From the IMG/VR virus record IMGVR_UViG_647533161_000005: DNA of 49,155 nt; one strand, 5' to 3'. A model generated the notes under the pieces. It saw nothing but the letters and a program-made list of their open reading frames with translations. It had not been told where the DNA came from and ran no database searches. Made by a program: the position numbers and the translations under genes. Below, one piece after another: positions 44,500 through 49,155 of this stretch (the first letter of the stretch is position 1; each line of letters begins with the position of its first letter). The stretch is from a virus. Its lineage: Duplodnaviria; Heunggongvirae; Uroviricota; Caudoviricetes.

Positions 44500-47400
44500 A
44501 TGACAGTAAAAATTTCTGGCGTGCTTAAAGATGGCACAGGAAAACCAGTACAGAACTGCACCATTGTGCTGAAGGCCAGACGAACCAGCAGCACGGTGGT
44601 GGTGAACACGGTGGCCTCTGAAAATCCGGATGAAGCCGGACGTTACAGCATGGATGTTGAGCATGGCCAGTACAGCGTCACCCTGCTGGTTGAAGGTTTT
44701 CCGCCTTCACATGCCGGGACCATTACCGTCTATGAAGGTTCCAGACCAGGTACGCTGAATGATTTTCTCGGTGCCATGACGGAGGATGATGTCCGACCGG
44801 AGGCACTGCGCCGCTTTGAGCAGATGGTGGAAGAGGTGTCACGTAACGCCTCCGCGGTTGCACAGAATACGGCAGCCGCGAAAAAATCAGCCAGCGATGC
44901 CAGTGCATCAGCCAGCGAGGCGGCAACTCATGCAACCGATGCTGCAGCCTCAGCACGTGCCGCCAGCACGTCAGCCGGACAGGCCGCGTCGTCGGCTCAG
45001 TCAGCGTCTTCCAGCGCAGGAACGGCATCGACAAAGGCCCGTGAAGCAGCAAAAAGTGCTGCTGCTGCAGAGTCATCAAAAAGCGCGGCAGCTACCAGCG
45101 CCAGTGCCGCGAAAACGTCAGAAACGAATGCCGCAGCATCACAAAAATCGGCAGCCACTTCTGCATCCACAGCGACCATGAAGGCGTCAGAAGCTGCCAC
45201 CTCGGCACGGGGTGCGGCGGCCTCAAAAGAGGCAGCGAAATCTTCAGAAACGAATGCATCATCAAGTGCCAGTAGTGCAGCTTCCTCGGCAACGGCGGCA
45301 GGAAATTCCGCGAAGGCGGCAAAAACGTCCGAGACGAACGCTAAGTCTTCTGAAACAGCAGCGGGACAGAGCGCCTCAGCTGCGGCAGGTTCAAAAACAG
45401 CGGCTGCATTATCTGCCAGTGCCGCGTCAACAAGTGCCGGGCAGGCCTCAGCCAGTGCCACCGCCGCCGGAAAATCGGCAGAAAGCGCCGCATCATCCGC
45501 TTCAACAGCCACAACGAAGGCTGGCAAAGCCACTGAGCAAGCCACTGCAGCAGCGAGGTCTGCTTCTGCAGCAAAAACCTCTGAAACAAATGCAAAGACT
45601 TCAGCAGACAATGCTGCTTCCTCTAAGGCGGCAGCCGCATCGTCAGCCAGTTCAGCGGCGTCATCGGCATCATCTGCGTCTGCTTCAAAAGATGAGGCGA
45701 CCAGACAAGCGTCAGCAGCGAAAGGTAGTGCCACGACAGCAACAACGAAAGCATCAGAGGCGGCAGGCAGTGCGACGGCTGCATCTCAGAGCAAAGTTGC
45801 TGCTGAATCCGCGGCAACGCGCGCCGAGACAGCAGCAAAACGGGCAGAGGATATTGCATCCGCCGTGGCGCTGGAGGATGCGAGCACGACGAAAAAGGGG
45901 ATAGTACAGCTCAGCAGTGCAACAAACAGCACCAGTGAAAAGCTGGCGGCAACGCCAAAGGCAGTTAAAACTGTTAAAGATAGTTCAGTTCAAAAAACTG
46001 GCGACACAATGGGAGGGCAGTTAAAAATCAGCACGATAAATGCTCTTCGAATATTCAACCAAGCCTTTGGCCTTATTTTTAGGCGTTCCGAAGATCATCT
46101 TCATCTTATTCCGACTAATGAAGGGGAGGGGAAAATGGAGACATCGGTTCATTAAGACCATTCTCTATAAACTTAAGATCAGGGTTGGTGTCCATCGGTA
46201 ATGGACTAAAAGTTGGTGGTAGTGTTACTGGTAATTTGACCGGAAACGCAGATACTGCGACCAAGATCAAGACAGCACGTAAGATTGGGGGCGTGGCATT
46301 TGATGGATCGGCAGATATCAACTTGCCTGGAGTCAACGCTACCGGTAATCAAAACACTACAGGTAATGCTGCGACCGCCACGAAACTTCAGGCAGCCAGA
46401 ACGATTAACGGTGTGTCATTTGATGGTAGTGCAAATATCACATTGACCCCTTCAAATATTGGGGCATTGGCATTAACTGGAGGGACTCTTTCAGGTGGTT
46501 TAACTGCTGCTGGTGAGGTTATTTCAAGGTCAGCAAATGGTCTGCGTATTGCCTATGGCAACTATGGATTCTTTATCCGAAATGATGGATCAAACACATA
46601 TTTTATGTTGACAGATTCGGGTAACAGTCTTGGTACGCACAATAGCTTAAGGCCGTTTATAATTAGTAACCATACTGGCAATGTTACAATTGCAACTAAA
46701 TTAAACGCGAGTGGTGGTATCACTGGATCTTTATCGGGTAATGCAAGCACAGCAACCAAATTGCAAACTGCAAGGACAATTAACGGCGTAAAATTTGACG
46801 GCTCGGCAAATATTGAAGCGTTTCCGCCAGGTGTTCCGCTGCCGTGGCCATCAGATACACCACCTGCAGGTTATGCGATCATGCAGGGGCAGACGTTTGA
46901 TAAGGCAGCATATCCGAAACTGGCTATTGCCTATCCTTCAGGTGTTATTCCAGATATGCGCGGCTGGACAATCAAGGGCAAACCCGCCAGTGGCCGGGCC
47001 GTATTGTCTCAGGAACAGGACGGCATAAAATCGCACACCCACAGCGCCAGCGCATCCAGTACGGATTTGGGGACGAAAACCACATCGTCGTTTGATTACG
47101 GCACTAAATCCACGAATAACACCGGGGCGCATACGCACAGTCTGAGTGGCTCTACGGGGTCTGCCGGTGTTCATACTCATGGTAATGGTATTCGTTGGCC
47201 AGGAGGCGGCGGTTCTGCGTTAGCATTTTATGATGGCGGTGGGTTCACTTATGTCCAGAATTCACAGTATCAAGTAAGCCCGGAGACTTCTTCCTATAGA
47301 TCGTATTATCAACGTATTCAGACACAGTCAGCAGGTGCTCATACCCACTCGCTGTCTGGTACTGCAGCAAGTTCTGGCGCACATGCACATACTGTAGGTA

Positions 47401-47525
47401 TTGGTGCGCATACGCACTCCGTTGCGATTGGTTCACATGGACACACCATCACCGTTAACGCTGCGGGTAACGCGGAAAACACCGTCAAAAACATCGCATT
47501 TAACTATATTGTGAGGCTTGCATAA
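44500..47525 (+). CDS. stf: Side tail fiber protein (Stf-like), split into two ORFs by a 1-nt frameshift at the G4A4 run near 46128-46135
   Basis: ORF 44500..46155 (Stf N-terminus with long Ala/Ser/Thr-rich repeat region) and ORF 46185..47525 (C-terminus with GxHxH-type repeats). With one extra A the reading is ...[37 protein letters not shown]..., joining the frames. Confidence 0.85.
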
Positions 47526-48109
47526 TGGCATTCAGAATGAGTGAACAAGCACGGACCATAAAAATTTATAATCTGCTGGCCGGAACTAATGAATTTATTG
47601 GTGAAGGTGACGCATATATTCCGCCTCATACAGGTCTGCCAGCAAACAGTACCGATATTGCACCACCAGATATTCCTGCTGGCTTTGTGGCTGTTTTCAA
47701 CAGTGATGAGGCATCGTGGCATCTCGTTGAAGACCATCGGGGGAAAACGGTTTATGACGTAGCGTCAGGGGACGAGTTATTTATTTCTGAACTCGGTCCG
47801 TTACCGGAAAATGTTACCTGGTTATCGCCGGAAGGGGAGTTTCAGAAGTGGAACGGCACAGCCTGGGTGAAGGATACGGAAGCAGAAAAACTGTTCCGGA
47901 TCCGGGAGGCGGAAGAAACAAAAAACAACCTGATGCAGGTAGCCAGTGAGCATATTGCGCCGCTTCAGGATGCTGCAGATCTGGAAATTGCAACGGAGGA
48001 AGAAACCTCATTGCTGGAAGCCTGGAAAAAGTATCGGGTGTTGCTGAACCGTGTTGATACATCAACTGCACCTGATATTGAGTGGCCTACGAACCCTGTC
48101 AGGGAGTAA
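47525..48109 (+). CDS. tfa: Tail fiber assembly protein (Tfa)
   Basis: [59 protein letters not shown]... matches lambda Tfa; TAATG overlap with stf. Confidence 0.9.
   Translation: MAFRMSEQARTIKIYNLLAGTNEFIGEGDAYIPPHTGLPANSTDIAPPDIPAGFVAVFNSDEASWHLVEDHRGKTVYDVASGDELFISELGPLPENVTWLSPEGEFQKWNGTAWVKDTEAEKLFRIREAEETKNNLMQVASEHIAPLQDAADLEIATEEETSLLEAWKKYRVLLNRVDTSTAPDIEWPTNPVRE
47940..48109 (+). repeat. Direct repeat copy 1 (tfa 3' end)
   Basis: About 170 bp that recur at 48985..49155 with roughly 85-90 percent identity by eye. Confidence 0.7.
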
Positions 48110-48122
48110 TCATTGGGATTAT

Positions 48123-48166
48123 GCCGCAGCACGTCTTAAGCAAGAACGTGCTGCGGTTGGATGCTA
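48123..48166 (+). terminator. Hairpin terminator after tfa
   Basis: ccgcagcacg...cgtgctgcgg stem followed by a T-rich tract. Confidence 0.5.
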
Positions 48167-48820
48167 TTTTTTCCCTGAAGCGGAAAACATTACTACAGTA
48201 CCTTGAACCTTGGTTTTAACATTCTCGAAATGCTCTGAGAGTATATGTGTTAAGCCTTCTTCGGAATCTTTTGTGTTTGAAAAGATGCCTTTCTGATTGT
48301 AAATGCGCATCAGTTTTTGACCGAAGCTATTGTGCACAACTCCATCGCCAAGAATTGTGGCTCCGTATAGAGTTCCATCGTCAGTTAAGGCCTGCGCCGC
48401 ATTGCGTATTACACAGCTTTTTGTAGATATATTTCCAGGCAGGCAGTGAAGAAGGTAAAACATGGAAATGGAATCAAATTGACCATGTAACGCCGCGGGA
48501 TAAGGTTCAAAAACATCATGGCTAATTTTATGTTTAATTTTTGATTCCCCAGCCCTTGTAGATGCCGCGTTCAGGCTAGCTTCGTTCAAATCCATTAAAG
48601 ATATCAGACTACTCTCAGGTACGTGAGTAAGGTAAAACCCAGTTCCAACACCAATATCCAGATGGTTGTTACCTACATGTTCCAGAAAGTGTGGAAGAAG
48701 GTGTTCCTTTGTAGGACATCCCCATGCAAGCCGATTTGATACTCCCAAAACCCACCAGTCATAAAGCTTTAGGGTAAGTGGTGTGTAAATTTTAGCCCCA
48801 TCATCTGTGTTTTTTTTCAT
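48164..48820 (-). CDS. Class I SAM-dependent methyltransferase
   Basis: GxGxG SAM-binding motif (LDIGVGTGFYL) and a downstream acidic residue; AT-rich, on the opposite strand to the tail genes. Start at the second ATG (GGTGA upstream); an alternative is 48832. Confidence 0.7.
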   Translation of the reverse strand: MKKNTDDGAKIYTPLTLKLYDWWVLGVSNRLAWGCPTKEHLLPHFLEHVGNNHLDIGVGTGFYLTHVPESSLISLMDLNEASLNAASTRAGESKIKHKISHDVFEPYPAALHGQFDSISMFYLLHCLPGNISTKSCVIRNAAQALTDDGTLYGATILGDGVVHNSFGQKLMRIYNQKGIFSNTKDSEEGLTHILSEHFENVKTKVQGTVVMFSASGKK

Positions 48821-48888
48821 TGATTTCACCATGTTATAGTTTTATTTGTGAATTAAATCAATTATGGCGATGAATTACAAGGGGTTAA

Positions 48889-49155
48889 ATGCTGCCGCAG
48901 CATAGCGATATTGAAATAGCCTGGTATGCTTCGATACAGCAGGAGCCGAATGACTGGAAGACCGTCACCACACAGTTCCACATCCAGGAATTCAGTGAGT
49001 ATATTGCGCCACTGCAGGATGCTGTAGATCTGGAAATCGCAACGGCGGAAGAAAGATCGTTGCTGGAGGCATGGAATAAATATCGGGTATTGTTGAATCG
49101 TGTTGATACATCAACTGCACCTGATATTGAGTGGCCGACTTCACCTGCAGAGTAA
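48889..49155 (+). CDS. Tfa-like C-terminal-domain protein (chimeric or remnant tail fiber assembly gene)
   Basis: 88-aa ORF with an unrelated N-terminus and a C-terminal half nearly identical to the Tfa C-terminus. Confidence 0.5.
   Translation: MLPQHSDIEIAWYASIQQEPNDWKTVTTQFHIQEFSEYIAPLQDAVDLEIATAEERSLLEAWNKYRVLLNRVDTSTAPDIEWPTSPAE
48985..49155 (+). repeat. Direct repeat copy 2 (tfa-like 3' end)
   Basis: Same as copy 1; encodes ...[50 protein letters not shown]. Confidence 0.7.

Noticed and set aside
44723-45904. Multiple long ORFs on the opposite strand and in alternative frames within the stf gene (for example 44997..45734 minus, 45212..45904 plus)
   Set aside because: They lie entirely within the Ala/Ser/Thr-rich repetitive coding region of the side tail fiber; their products are low-complexity mirror images of the repeat and have no independent start signals.
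1-49155. CRISPR arrays, tRNA genes, rRNA genes, insertion sequences
   Set aside because: I looked for regularly spaced direct repeats, tRNA-like cloverleaf regions near int and Q, and transposase-like ORFs with inverted repeats; none was found.

Overview
The whole 49.2 kb window lies inside a lambdoid prophage of an enterobacterial (E. coli-like) genome, read left to right in lambda map order; neither attachment site is in the window. Leftward early arm (minus strand): a tyrosine integrase, Xis, a RecE-like exonuclease, DicB, a Rha-family regulator, a DicF-like sRNA and YdfA. Immunity region: divergent dicA (repressor) and dicC (Cro-like) with operator-like repeats. Rightward arm: YdaT-like regulator, an iteron-containing replication initiator, a P-family helicase loader, a block of eight small genes of unknown function (including an HNH endonuclease), a Hok-family toxin, DUF968, RusA and a Q antiterminator with a downstream tR'-like terminator. 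Late region: a phage-21-type lysis cassette (S21-like pinholin, SAR endolysin, Rz/Rz1) with an extra 296-aa gene between holin and endolysin, then a lambda-type cos site and a complete lambda-like head and tail module (Nu1, A, W, B, C, D, E, FI, FII, Z, U, V, G/GT, H, M, L, K, I, J, Lom, Stf, Tfa). All protein and RNA similarities are judged from memory of family sequences, with no database search. I found no single clearly novel multi-gene system; the best candidates for uncharacterised accessory functions are the gene inside the lysis cassette, the AT-rich island between Q and the holin, the methyltransferase gene bracketed by tfa 3' repeats, the I-J spacer and the small-gene block between P and Hok. 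Two N-runs and two frameshifts (int, stf) look like assembly or homopolymer errors rather than biology.
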